Positions 20,286 to 31,823 of a stretch of 64,000 nucleotides of DNA are shown here, piece by piece (the first letter of the stretch is position 1; each line of letters starts with the position of its first letter). This DNA is from Pseudomonadota bacterium (GTDB lineage Bacteria; Myxococcota_A; UBA796; JAFGLY01). The position numbers and the translations under genes were made by a program. The stretch is from NCBI GenBank assembly GCA_043814015.1, contig JBDRKM010000157.1:7010-71009 (forward strand), in the 5' to 3' direction. Under the pieces are notes generated by a model, which searched no databases, was not told the DNA's origin, and was given only the letters and a program-made list of their open reading frames with translations.

Positions 20286-21191
20286 ATGAGGCTGCCGACC
20301 GTCGTGTTCCTCGTCGTGCTCTCAGCCTGCCATCTGGGCGGTGTGGACCCCAACGGCGATCCCGCCGACACCGGCTCCGACTTCGAGGAGTCCAGCATGG
20401 CGGGCGGCCTGGTGCGCCTCCCCGCCGGCTCCTTCACCATGGGCAGCCCCATGGGCGAGACCGGGCGGGACCACGACGAGGTCCGGCACGAGGTCACCCT
20501 CACCCACGACGTCTGGTTCGGGCGCGACGAGGTGAGCCAGGAGATCTTCGAGGACTACGCGGGCTACCTCCCCGCGGGCTTCACCGACTGCGGCGTGGGC
20601 TGCCCCGTGGAGAGCATCACCTGGCACCAGGCGGCCGCCTTCGCCAACGCCGTGTCCGAGGCCGAGGGCCTGGAGCCCTGCTACGCCTGCACCGGCGCCG
20701 AGGTCTGGACGCGCTGTGAGGCCCAGCTCAACCCCTACGCTTGCGCCGGCTTCCGCCTGCCCACCGAGGCCGAGTTCGAGTACGCCGCCCGCGCGGGCCA
20801 GCAAGGCGCCTACCCCGGCGGGGGCCAGCTCACCCAGAACACCTGCGAGCCCGGCGAGCAGCTCTCCAACGGCGACCTCATCGAGGACTTCGCCTGGTAC
20901 TGCGGCAACTCGGAGGAGCGCCCCCACGCCGTGGGCACCCGCCCCGCCAACCGCTGGGGTCTGCACGACACCCTGGGCAACGTCTGGGAGTGGTGCGAGG
21001 ACGGCTACGGCGCCTACGAGGGCGGCGACGTCACCGATCCGGTCGGCCAAGGCATCGGCCTGACCATGGCCCTGCGCGGCGGCTCCTGGGACAGCCTGCC
21101 GCACAAGCTGCGCTTCGCCAACCGTGGCTCCGAGTCCGGCGAGAGCGCCAAGGACACCGTGGGCATGCGGCTGGCGCGGACGGCGGAGTGA
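20286..21191 (+). CDS. Formylglycine-generating enzyme (SUMF1/FGE-sulfatase) fold lipoprotein
   Basis: AGGAGG RBS; LSAC; GSFTMGS, FRLPTEAEFEYAARAG, NRWGLHDTLGNVWEWC, RGGSW, GMRLAR. Confidence 0.9.
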   Translation: MRLPTVVFLVVLSACHLGGVDPNGDPADTGSDFEESSMAGGLVRLPAGSFTMGSPMGETGRDHDEVRHEVTLTHDVWFGRDEVSQEIFEDYAGYLPAGFTDCGVGCPVESITWHQAAAFANAVSEAEGLEPCYACTGAEVWTRCEAQLNPYACAGFRLPTEAEFEYAARAGQQGAYPGGGQLTQNTCEPGEQLSNGDLIEDFAWYCGNSEERPHAVGTRPANRWGLHDTLGNVWEWCEDGYGAYEGGDVTDPVGQGIGLTMALRGGSWDSLPHKLRFANRGSESGESAKDTVGMRLARTAE

Positions 21192-21312
21192 GGGGAGCGC
21201 CAAGCGCGCCGGAGAAGGCGGTCGAACGCACCATTTCCGCCGGAGAACCCCGCCGGACGCACCGCCTGGCGCGGTCGGGGGTTCACCGCCACATCGCTGC
21301 GCGGCGTCGCCG

Positions 21313-22584
21313 TCAGGCCGACGTGGAGCCCTCCCCGGGGCCGTCGTATGGCAGCATCGCGAGGGCGGCGCGGGGGATCTCCGGATCGTAGGGCGGGGAG
21401 AGCTGCGGGCACTCCCGCGCCAGCCGCTCCCCCAGGGCCACCGCCTCCTCCAGCAGCGCGCGGGCGCCGGGCGTGTCGGTCTTGGCGTGGAGGCCGCCGA
21501 GCCGCTCCAGGCTGACGGCGAGCTCCCTGAGCACGTCGGGCCGGTCGCCGAGGGTGGCGCGGAGCTGGCGGGACAGCTCGAGGCTCTCCTGGAAGCTCCG
21601 CTCGGCCTGCTCGTGGCGCTGGCCGGCGGCCTGCACGTCGCCGAGCCGCTCCAGGCTGACGGAGAGGTCCCTGAGCACGTCGGGTCGGTCGCCGAGGGTG
21701 GCGCGCCGCACCCGCGCCAGCCGCACCGCCTCCTCTCCGGCCACCTCCGCCTCCTCCACACGCTGGATCGCGAGCAGATCCGTGGCCAGATTGGCGGACG
21801 CGACCATGGCCTCCCGCCCGAAGTCCCCACCCTCCAGCTCCTGCCAGGCTTCCGCCGCGGCCTCCTGCCACCTCGCGGCCGCCACCAGGTCGTTGCCCTG
21901 GCGCGCGGCCTGCGCGACCAATGCCATGGCCCGCGGCCGGGCGGGGTCTCGCTGGGGCAGCCACCCCAGCGCCGCCACGGCCGCGTCCCGCGCTTCGGCC
22001 TCGGCCCCGCGCTCCAGGGCCTGCTCGGCTTGCTGCAGCGACACGTGCGCCCGGGCGGGGTCGGCACGCTCCAGCTCGGGCAACTCCACGGCCTCCAGCG
22101 GGGCCTCGGGCCCGGGGGGCGGCGCGGGCGGCGCCAGGTCGTCCACCACCTGCACCAGGCTGCGGAAGGCCCACAGGTCCGGCGCGCCCTCCCGCAGCAG
22201 GGGGCGGCAGGCCAGGGGGGCGATGACCACCAGGCCGGCGCCGCCGGAGATCAAGCGCTGGCGGCGCTCGTTGAGCAGGCTCACCAGGCGTCGCAGGGGC
22301 CGGTCTGGCGCTCCGCGCGGCGGCGGCAGGATCAGCAGGGCGCGGGTTCGGCGCTCGGCGGCCTGGGTGAAGGCCTCGGCGGCCGGGGCCAGCGCCTCCG
22401 GCTCGCGGGGGGCCACCACCGTGAGAGGCCCCTCGGCCGCCAGGCGCGCGCGCAGCTCCAGCACGGTGGGGGTGAGATCGGTGAACACGAAGGCCAGCCA
22501 CGTGTCCTGGGCCCAGGTCTCGATGCGGCGCAGCTCTTCCCAGCAGCGCTCTCCCGCGGGGGTCAGGGAGTGGGGTGCGCTCAC
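21313..22584 (-). CDS. TPR-like repeat protein with N-terminal degenerate NTPase-like region
   Basis: GTG start overlaps the upstream stop; LNERRQRL...APDLWAFRS; two 40-aa RATLGDRPDVLR(D/E)L(S/A)VSLERLG repeats. Confidence 0.7.
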   Translation of the reverse strand: MSAPHSLTPAGERCWEELRRIETWAQDTWLAFVFTDLTPTVLELRARLAAEGPLTVVAPREPEALAPAAEAFTQAAERRTRALLILPPPRGAPDRPLRRLVSLLNERRQRLISGGAGLVVIAPLACRPLLREGAPDLWAFRSLVQVVDDLAPPAPPPGPEAPLEAVELPELERADPARAHVSLQQAEQALERGAEAEARDAAVAALGWLPQRDPARPRAMALVAQAARQGNDLVAAARWQEAAAEAWQELEGGDFGREAMVASANLATDLLAIQRVEEAEVAGEEAVRLARVRRATLGDRPDVLRDLSVSLERLGDVQAAGQRHEQAERSFQESLELSRQLRATLGDRPDVLRELAVSLERLGGLHAKTDTPGARALLEEAVALGERLARECPQLSPPYDPEIPRAALAMLPYDGPGEGSTSA

Positions 22585-23927
22585 GGCGCGCCGGACGCGG
22601 GGACCCGGGCCGCCAGCTTCACGACCTCCTCCGCCAGCAGCGGGTGCGGCCGGTACCACTCGGCACCGTTGCGGTAGGTGAGAACCAGGTGGCTGTCGAA
22701 CAGGCGGGCCAACTCCCCCAGCTTGTCGAGGTCGGGCAGGTGGGCCTCGCCGGTGCGGTCTATCTCGGCCAACCAGCAGGCGTCGGCCTGGCTGAGGGGC
22801 AGATAGCCGTTGCGCACCTCAGCGATGGCCCAGGCCAGGATGGGATCGGTGGCGACGACGGTGTTGTGCCGGGCGCAGGAGCTCAGCACGCCCCGCAGGA
22901 TGCGGAAGAGGTCGCGGAACTGGCCGCCGGAGGCCAGCGCGACCTGGTCGAGCTGGGCGCGGGAGAGCACCTTCTCCCAGTCGAAGCGCTGCGCCACCAC
23001 CTCGGCCAGGGCGTCGAGGCCGGGGCGGAAGGGCGCCCGGCTCACCTGATCGCGCACCTTGAGGCAGGGCAGGAGCAGCGCGTTGTCGTAGCCCTGGATC
23101 ACGTGGGGCGCCTTGACCTTGAGCCAGGGCGGCACCGTGTAGACCACGTGGACGCCCGGAACGCGCAGGAGGTCGGTGCGGTTGAAGGTGGCCACGATGT
23201 GGCTCGCCACCTCGGCGGCGCTCGCGCCGGTGCCCTGGATGTGCTCCAGGCTGTCGAAGAGGATCACCACGGGCTTGTCGCCGTGCAGCCGTTTCAGCTC
23301 GGCGACGACCTGCGCGTAGTAATCGCGGACCTCCTTGGCCAGCGCACCCGCCACGCCCGTGAGCTGCTCCTGCAAGCGCCGCTGGAAGGAGGGCGAGGAC
23401 TTCAGCGCCAGCTTGACCCCCAGCCCCACGCCGCCAGGCTCGCCCTTGATCTCGACCTCGTCCACGTTCACGTGGACACCTCTCAGGAACCCCACCAGGC
23501 GCTCCCAATAGGTGTTGGGCAGCGCCCGGCGCAGCGCCTCGTCGCGTTCGACCACCTCGGCGAAGGCCCCGGCCGTGGCCAGCAGGAGATCCGGCACGTC
23601 GGGCGGGGCGTCCATGTTGATGAATTCGGTCATGTCGCAGTAGACGACCACGGCCCCGGCGTGCTCCTCGAGGCGGTGCTTCAGGCGTGACAGCTCGGTG
23701 CTCTTGCCGCTGCCGCGATACCCCGAGAACAGGACGGCGCTGCCGTGGGGCGACCAGGTGATGTTCTGGTACAGGCGATCCACCGGATCGAGCTCGCGCA
23801 GATCCTCGCGGTCGTAGATGGAGACGTAGCGCGCGCGATCCTCGGGCTTGCTGGCGTCCAGCGCCCGCAGGCCCAGGGCCCGCCAGGCCTCCGCCAGGAA
23901 GTGCTCCTTGTCGATGGTCAGGGGCAT
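22581..23927 (-). CDS. P-loop (AAA+/STAND-like) ATPase
   Basis: Walker A GYRGSGKS, Walker B VVILFDSLE, SGGQFRDL; GGAGG RBS. Confidence 0.85.
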   Translation of the reverse strand: MPLTIDKEHFLAEAWRALGLRALDASKPEDRARYVSIYDREDLRELDPVDRLYQNITWSPHGSAVLFSGYRGSGKSTELSRLKHRLEEHAGAVVVYCDMTEFINMDAPPDVPDLLLATAGAFAEVVERDEALRRALPNTYWERLVGFLRGVHVNVDEVEIKGEPGGVGLGVKLALKSSPSFQRRLQEQLTGVAGALAKEVRDYYAQVVAELKRLHGDKPVVILFDSLEHIQGTGASAAEVASHIVATFNRTDLLRVPGVHVVYTVPPWLKVKAPHVIQGYDNALLLPCLKVRDQVSRAPFRPGLDALAEVVAQRFDWEKVLSRAQLDQVALASGGQFRDLFRILRGVLSSCARHNTVVATDPILAWAIAEVRNGYLPLSQADACWLAEIDRTGEAHLPDLDKLGELARLFDSHLVLTYRNGAEWYRPHPLLAEEVVKLAARVPASGAP

Positions 23928-23988
23928 CGGACCTCCGCGAGCAGGTCGTTCCTGCCCGCGCCAGCTTATCACGCTCGTGAAGGCCCGC

Positions 23989-25137
23989 TCACTCCCAGCC
24001 CGCCAGCCCCTCCCCCGCCAGGTCCTCCACCAGGGACAGCAGCGGATACGCCGGGTTGTAGTGCTTCCTCAAGAAATAGGCGTTGCGCTCGGCGTACAGG
24101 ATCGCGCCCACCCGATCGGCCGCGGCGATGCTCATCTGCTCATGGCGACACATGACGGGTGACACACCGTTGATGTCACCCGTGGCCTGGCGGTTGAGGC
24201 AGCCACAGGTGTGCTCGCAACGCTCCGTGAGGGCGCAGCCCTCGCAGAAGGCCTTGACAGGGCTGGAGCGCAGGGCCCAGCGCAGGCGCGCGATCTCATC
24301 TACACCCTGCCAGACATCGCCCATGCAGGAGGGGCTCTCCCGTCCGTCGTTGGCGAACTGCACGCAGGGGAAGAGGTCGCCTTCAGGCGAGACGGAGAGC
24401 TGGCGCACGCCCAGCTCGCAGCGGTCGTGGTGGCACTCCCCCTGGCGGATGTGGCTGGCCAGCTTCTTCTCGAAGGGCGCCAGGTAGAACTTGCGACCCG
24501 CGCGGGTCCAGTCCACGTAGCGCTCGGCCAGCAGGGCGTACTGGCCCTCCAGCACGTCGAGATCCTCGTCTGTCCAGGGCGCGGCGAAGTTGAGGCTGAA
24601 GCTCAGGTAGCGCACGCCCTCGTCCAGCAGGAAGGCCGCGGATTCGGCCATCAGGGGTGCCGTGTCGGGGTTCACCACCGCGTGCACCAGGCTGTAGGGG
24701 CGGACCTTCAACAGGCGGCGCAGGGCGTCCAGCGTGCGGTCGAAGGAGGATGAGCCGTCCGGGAAGCGGCGGTGGGCCTCGTGGGCGGCGCGCACGCCAT
24801 CGAGGCTGAGGGCGATGTGCACGCCTTTAGCGGCGGCGAAGGTGAGAAACTCGTCGTCCAGCGCGATGCCGTTGGTGGTGAGCTTGAAGCGCACGGGCGG
24901 GCGCCCGGGAGCCTCGAGGGCCTCGCCGTGGGCCACCACCGCCCGGATGAGGTCCTTGTGCAGCAGGGGTTCGCCCCCGAAGAAGGCGAGCCCGAAAGCC
25001 TCGCTGTTCTCGCGCAGGCCGAACTCCAGGGCGGCGATGGCCGTCTCCAGGCGCATGCCGGGCTCAGGGCGCGGTGGGGCGTAGCAGTAGTCGCAGCGCA
25101 ACTGACAAGCGCGGGTGAGGTGCAGGGTGAGGTGCAT
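23989..25137 (-). CDS. Radical SAM/SPASM peptide- or protein-maturase-type enzyme
   Basis: CQLRCDYC, FFGGEPLL, TTNG, SLDG; full SPASM Cys set CELG...FPC...CEGC...CEHTCGC...MC. Confidence 0.9.
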   Translation of the reverse strand: MHLTLHLTRACQLRCDYCYAPPRPEPGMRLETAIAALEFGLRENSEAFGLAFFGGEPLLHKDLIRAVVAHGEALEAPGRPPVRFKLTTNGIALDDEFLTFAAAKGVHIALSLDGVRAAHEAHRRFPDGSSSFDRTLDALRRLLKVRPYSLVHAVVNPDTAPLMAESAAFLLDEGVRYLSFSLNFAAPWTDEDLDVLEGQYALLAERYVDWTRAGRKFYLAPFEKKLASHIRQGECHHDRCELGVRQLSVSPEGDLFPCVQFANDGRESPSCMGDVWQGVDEIARLRWALRSSPVKAFCEGCALTERCEHTCGCLNRQATGDINGVSPVMCRHEQMSIAAADRVGAILYAERNAYFLRKHYNPAYPLLSLVEDLAGEGLAGWE

Positions 25138-25138
25138 G

Positions 25139-25330
25139 TCAGGGGGAGTCCTCGGCTTTGATCTCGGCGATGAAGTGGTTTGAGGCGGTCACCAGAGGGC
25201 CACGGGTCCACGCCTCCTCCGCGAGCCCCATCCAGTGCAGGTCGCTGCAAGCGTAGCGCAGACACTGCGCGAAGGCCTCCGAGGCGCCCGTGCCCAGGCA
25301 GTCCCCGTCGGCCACGAGATCGGCGCGCAT
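25139..25330 (-). CDS. 63-aa Cys-containing protein, shortened paralogue of the upstream gene's C-terminus
   Basis: MRADLVADGDCLGTGASEAFAQCLRYACSD...FIAEIKAEDSP; fills the gap between two genes with 11-nt and 1-nt spacing. Confidence 0.55.
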   Translation of the reverse strand: MRADLVADGDCLGTGASEAFAQCLRYACSDLHWMGLAEEAWTRGPLVTASNHFIAEIKAEDSP

Positions 25331-25341
25331 GGGGGCCCCGC

Positions 25342-26016
25342 TCAGCCTGGGGAGCCCTCCTGCTCCTCGATGAAACGGTCCACGACCTCGCGCATGTACC
25401 TCTCGGCGCCGTTGGGGTCGTCCTCGCAGGCGCAGGCTGGCTCGGCGGCGAACAGCGCGACGTCGGCACAGGCGAAGTTGAGGCAGGCCTCCAGGGCGTC
25501 CACCGCTACCCAGGAGTAGCAATTCCCCTCGGCGAGATCGACGCAGTTGTCGTGGGACCGTTGCCGAGGCTCGGTCATCACCGCCGAGTCCTCGATCCCG
25601 CAGCGCTCGTTCCCCGTGGCCAGCAACTCTTCGGCCGCCTGCTGGTACTCCGGGCACTCTTCCTCGGTGACGATCTCGGCGATCAGGCCGGCGTCCCAGT
25701 TGGCCAGATCGGGCTCGAAGGGCAGGACCATGGGACCCGCGCCTGCGTCGGCCGCCAGCGTGTAGCCGTGCGCGGCGAACTGCTCCTGGACGATGTCCAG
25801 GGTCTCGCCCTCGGACAAATAAACCGTGGGGCAGATGGTGACGCAGCCGAAGGTGCAGGCCGGGGCGGTGGCGACCGCCACCACCAGGCTCAGGCCGAGG
25901 GCGGAGCCGAGGACGCGGCTGGCGCTGGCCAATGGGCGGACGGCCGGATCGGCCAGGGCCTCGCGGCGGGTGCCGTAGGCGGGGGGAGCGTAGTCGCGGA
26001 GGGGGCCGGCGCGCAT
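25342..26016 (-). CDS. Cys-rich exported/lipoprotein, candidate radical SAM substrate
   Basis: GGAG RBS; leader MRAGPLRDYAPPAYGT, hydrophobic stretch ending APAC, then TFGCVTICPTVYLSEGE. Confidence 0.7.
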   Translation of the reverse strand: MRAGPLRDYAPPAYGTRREALADPAVRPLASASRVLGSALGLSLVVAVATAPACTFGCVTICPTVYLSEGETLDIVQEQFAAHGYTLAADAGAGPMVLPFEPDLANWDAGLIAEIVTEEECPEYQQAAEELLATGNERCGIEDSAVMTEPRQRSHDNCVDLAEGNCYSWVAVDALEACLNFACADVALFAAEPACACEDDPNGAERYMREVVDRFIEEQEGSPG

Positions 26017-26069
26017 GGGGGACTCCGGGCGGGGGGCGATGGACAGGTGCGCCCAGCGGGCCAGAGGGA

Positions 26070-27266
26070 TCACTCGAGCATGGCCCACAGCCCGCGCTGC
26101 TCATCCGAGACGCCAGCGATCCAGTCGCGCAGCCACGCCATCTCCGCGTCGTGCTCTTCCAGCGTGCACTCCCAGCGCGGATCGCTAGCCAGCTCCGGGC
26201 GCACGAGGGCGTCCACGGCGTCCAGCTCTGCGGCGAGGCCCGCGGCGTCCAGCAGCGCGGCGACGCGGTCCAGCACGGCCAGATACCCCGCGAGACAGGC
26301 CTCATCCGTGAAGCATGTGTCAGCGATACGGCCCATGGGAGCGCGCCAGTCCGAGTCCCACTCGTCGGCCGGGGTGAAGGTGAAGTCCAGATCCCAGGGC
26401 AGCAGCTCGGCCCGCCCCGTGACGGGGTCGAAGTACACCCGGTAGTTGTTGGCCTGCAGCGTGTAGCCGTCCACCTGCCCCACCCAGGCCTCGACGGCCA
26501 GCATGCGGGCGATGCGGGGCCAGTCCAGCACCTGGGCCGGCGCGCCGAACGCTGTCTCGCCGCCGTCGAGGGCCGCGGTCACGGCGCGCACGTCGGCGAG
26601 CTCCACGTCGCGCCCTTCGTCCAACTCGAACAGCTCCTGCAGTCCCGCCACGAAGTCCACCTGGCTCTCGAAGTCGCCGTCGATGACGTAGTCCCCGTCG
26701 TAGAGGTTGCCGTCGGGCTCCGGGTAGCGCAGGGTCAGGAATGGCTGGTCGAGGTTCTCGAGGAGCCCGTACAGCCCGAAGTCTTCGCCGTCGAGGGAGA
26801 GCCGGGCGTAGCCCGCGCGCGAGGCGGGCTGGCCCACCGCGGCGAAGGCCCGCAGGGCCAGCCGATCGCGTGCCGCGGCGCAGTCCACCACCAGGTTGTC
26901 GAGATCGATCTTCCGCAGCCCGGCCCATGACACATCGGCCTGGTATCGGTCGAGGTCGAGCTTGAAGCTCGGTTTGCCGTCGAGTTCGCGGAAGGAGCCG
27001 CTGCGGCCCTTGAGCCGCAGGCCCACCTCGCCGAGGGCGGCGCCGTCTACGGCCAGGTTGGCGTGCACGTAGTCGTAGGGGTCGGCCTCCAGGGCCTCGC
27101 GTGCTCCCTCATGGAGGGAGAGATCCACCGCGACCACGCGCTCCAGCCCGAAGAGGCTGGCGGCGGCGTCCTCCCGCGGCCAGGCATCTTCCCAGGTGAG
27201 GGCGCCGGTGAAGGGGTCGCCCATCGCACCTTGCGGAGCGCAGGCCAGCAACAGGCCCAACCACAT
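26070..27266 (-). CDS. CotH kinase family lipoprotein
   Basis: LLAC; GLRLKG..SFR..KPSFKLD, GLYGLLE, GNLYDG, DGY...NNYRVY, LLPWDLD. Confidence 0.9.
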   Translation of the reverse strand: MWLGLLLACAPQGAMGDPFTGALTWEDAWPREDAAASLFGLERVVAVDLSLHEGAREALEADPYDYVHANLAVDGAALGEVGLRLKGRSGSFRELDGKPSFKLDLDRYQADVSWAGLRKIDLDNLVVDCAAARDRLALRAFAAVGQPASRAGYARLSLDGEDFGLYGLLENLDQPFLTLRYPEPDGNLYDGDYVIDGDFESQVDFVAGLQELFELDEGRDVELADVRAVTAALDGGETAFGAPAQVLDWPRIARMLAVEAWVGQVDGYTLQANNYRVYFDPVTGRAELLPWDLDFTFTPADEWDSDWRAPMGRIADTCFTDEACLAGYLAVLDRVAALLDAAGLAAELDAVDALVRPELASDPRWECTLEEHDAEMAWLRDWIAGVSDEQRGLWAMLE

Positions 27267-27272
27267 GTCGGC

Positions 27273-27868
27273 TCACTCGTCCACGGGTACGGGCACCGGT
27301 GCTGCGGGCTCCACCGGCCGCTCCTCCACCACGGCGCGGGCGGCCAGCCAGGCGGCGGTGCCCTCGCCGGGGTGCACGTACCAGGTGGCCCAGGCGCCCG
27401 TGGGGGTGCGGATCTGGACCACGCAGGCGCGCTCCACCGGGAGGCGATCCTCGGCCATGCGGCCGTCCACCACGAGGTGGCCGGGCAGGCGGGCTTCGGG
27501 GCCGGGGCCGGCGCCCACGGCCTCCCGGTACAGGCGCTCCAGGCGGTCGCCCTCCTCGGACCAGCCTGCGGGGAGCATGAAGCCCGGCGAGACGGCGCGC
27601 AGGCCGCGGAAGCCGGCGCGCAGGGCGTCCTCGTCGCCGTCCAGCCAGGCCCGCGCGGTGTAGACCAGGTGCACGCGCTCCAGCGGCTCGCCCTTGAGCA
27701 CGTCGGACAGGTGATCCAGGTCGCGCTCCATCCCGGCCTGCGCCTGGGCGAAGGCCAGGTAGCGGTGCTCCTGGAAGGCGGTGAGGGCTTCGTCCAGGTG
27801 GCGGTTCAGCTCGTCCTGGTAGGCGGGGTAGTCGCCGGCCAGGGCCGCGGTGAGCACGAGCAGCGGGA

Positions 27869-27875
<7 letters not shown>
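27273..27875 (-). CDS. Hypothetical secreted protein
   Basis: Signal MLIPLLVLTAALA; overlaps the upstream gene. Confidence 0.7.
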
Positions 27876-29085
<1,210 letters not shown>

Positions 29086-29089
<4 letters not shown>

Positions 29090-30635
29090 TCCGGAGCCTC
29101 CTCGGCACCTTCGGGTGCGTCGTCCGGTTCGTCCCCCTCGATGGCGTCCCGGAAGGTCGCGCCGCTGGGCAGGGCCTCGGCCTCGCCCTCCGGCACGACG
29201 CGCCGCAGGATGGGGTTGCCGGCGGGCGAGAGCAGGCCGTCCCCCAGCACGGGCGCGGGCACCTGCTCGCCGTTCCAGGGCAGGACGATGGGGTCGCCCT
29301 CGTCCAGCACGGGGCCGTCCTGCAGGGCGCGGATGCGGGTGATGACGAAGTCGGCGCCGTCGCGGCCCCCCAGACCGGCCGGGTCGGTGTCGCCCATGCC
29401 GCGCCAGGCCAGGCGCGCGGGGCGCACCGAGAGGGCCACCAGCTGCTCGAAGACCACCCGGGCGCGCTCCGCTGAGAGGGCGTAGTCCGCGGCGGGGCTG
29501 CCGGCGCCGGCGGCGTGCCCTTCCACCACCAGCAGCTCGAGCTGCGGGAAGCTGTTGACCAGCGCGGCGACGGCCGCGAGCAAGGGCTTTGCGTCGGGCA
29601 GCAGGGTGGCGGTGCCGGGCTCGAAGGCCACGGCGGCCGCCAGCTCGAGCTGGCCGTGATCGATCCAGGCCGCGCCACGGGGTTGCACGGCAGGGGTGGG
29701 CTCCGGCAGCGCGCGGACGAGGGGTGGGTTCGGCGAGGGAACCAGCACCAGATCGGGCGCGCCTCGCCGCCGCGGGCGGCCGCTGCCCTTCACGGAGGCC
29801 ATCAGCCTGAGGTCGCCGGCGCCGTAGCCGTGGCCGATGCCGGTGCCGCCCAGCAGGTCGAGGCGGCCGAAGCGCCCGGCGCGGAGCCGCAGGCCGCCGA
29901 GCACCTCCGCGGGGTGGGCGCCACCCGCATCGCCCTGGCCCGTGAGGCCGTGGCGCGAGGAGATCTCCACGAGGCCGCCCAGCCAGGGCGTGGCCGAAGC
30001 CAGCAGGGCCGCCCCCAGCACGATCTCGGGTGCGGCGACGAGATCGGCGCCGCTGTCCACGGAGGCGCGGGTGAGGAACCCGGTCTGGCCGAGCAGGCGC
30101 AGGCGCTCGCCGCCCCAGGCCACCAGCAGGGCCGGGGCCCAGCGGGCGCGCCGTTCGGCGAACCAGGCCTCGCGGGTGCCCACGGGCAGGTAGACCCCCA
30201 GGGAGGGGCCCAGGCCGAACAGGGGGCGGTCCACCCAGGCGCTGCGCCAGGCCAGCGACACATCTCCCAACGCCAGCGGCGATGCCGGGGCCACGGCGGC
30301 CAGATCGCCGCCCTCCTGCAGGGCGCCGCTGGCCGCCAGCGACAGGGAGCCACGGCGCGATACAGCCACCGATACACCGAGGTCCACGGTCTGGCGCCAG
30401 GCGATGGCGGCGCCGCCGAGCTCTCCGTCCAGGTAGTAGTCCAGAGGCGCGCGCTCGTACTGCCAGGCGAGCCCAGCGGTGACGGTGCCGGCCAGATCCG
30501 CGCGGGGGTCGTCCACGGTCACCGCGGCCTGGGGACCCGGCGCGGGGTGCACCAGCTGGGTGTCGATGGAGCGATCCAGCGTCCAGTCCTCGGCGTAGGC
30601 ACCGGGGCAGGCCAGGGACAGGGCGAGCAGGGCGC

Positions 30636-30642
<7 letters not shown>
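29086..30642 (-). CDS. Outer-membrane beta-barrel + OmpA-like domain protein (TraB-like, no TSP3 linker)
   Basis: Signal; amphipathic strands (WQYERAPL, GTGIGHGYG..DLR); OmpA-like VAFEPG...VEGHA...YALSAERA...GMG. Confidence 0.8.

Positions 30643-31819
<1,177 letters not shown>

Positions 31820-31823
<4 letters not shown>

Noticed and set aside
20286-21191. Functional formylglycine-generating enzyme
   Set aside because: The catalytic Cys pair near RGGSW is absent; it is an FGE-fold lipoprotein only.
23989-25137. Anaerobic sulfatase-maturating enzyme
   Set aside because: No adjacent sulfatase; the only sulfatase-like gene (55715) has WTQPA rather than the (C/S)xPxR motif.
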